This document shows positions 63,901 to 64,000 of a DNA stretch of 64,000 nucleotides, piece by piece. Source of the stretch: Hemiscyllium ocellatum. Lineage: Eukaryota. Position 1 is the stretch's first letter. Every line of letters starts with the position of its first letter. The stretch lies in contig NC_083409.1 in the NCBI RefSeq assembly GCF_020745735.1, positions 15,285,873-15,349,872 on the forward strand. The letters are read 5' to 3'. Below the pieces are notes generated by a model. It was given only the letters and a program-made list of their open reading frames with translations. It did not search any database and was not told the origin of the DNA. A program made the position numbers and the translations under genes.

Positions 63901-64000
63901 GGGACTAGATTGGGTTGGGATATCTGGTCGGCATGGACGGGTTGGACTGAAGGGTCTATTTCCATGCTGTACATCTCTATGACTCTATGACTCTATAACA

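Larger units (their letters stand above)
54022..64000 (+). repeat. Segmental duplication block Y, copy 2
   Basis: Starts CACTCAGGGGGTTTGGATTGG, identical to 40435, and runs off the window end matching 48902. Confidence 0.95.

Overview
Repeat-dense cartilaginous-fish (shark) genomic DNA. The shark-type tRNA SINEs and CR1 LINEs suggest a carpet shark, but that is inference. The window holds one complete, apparently functional, germline-unjoined immunoglobulin kappa (type III/NS4-like) light-chain cluster on the + strand: leader 25925-25973, V 26160-26458 with a perfect 12-RSS, a perfect 23-RSS with J 26934-26968 only 475 bp away, a 10.2-kb J-C intron, C 37157-37485 and a polyA signal at 37977. 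Most of the rest is CR1/L2 LINE, HE1-like SINE and Penelope-like retroelement debris. The duplication structure suggests cluster birth and death. A ~49.5-kb unit is repeated, and the second copy joins the equivalent of position 4563 directly to the equivalent of 40435, so it lacks the whole Ig gene. The first 5.9 kb is an inverted, older paralogue of the C 3' flank, fused to a C-less relic of a J-C intron. Candidate B-cell regulatory islands lie at ~20.6-20.8 kb and ~38.6-39.3 kb, and Penelope ends carry hammerhead-ribozyme cores. A 13-N scaffold gap lies at 8820-8832. TE boundaries are approximate and all identity values are by-eye estimates.
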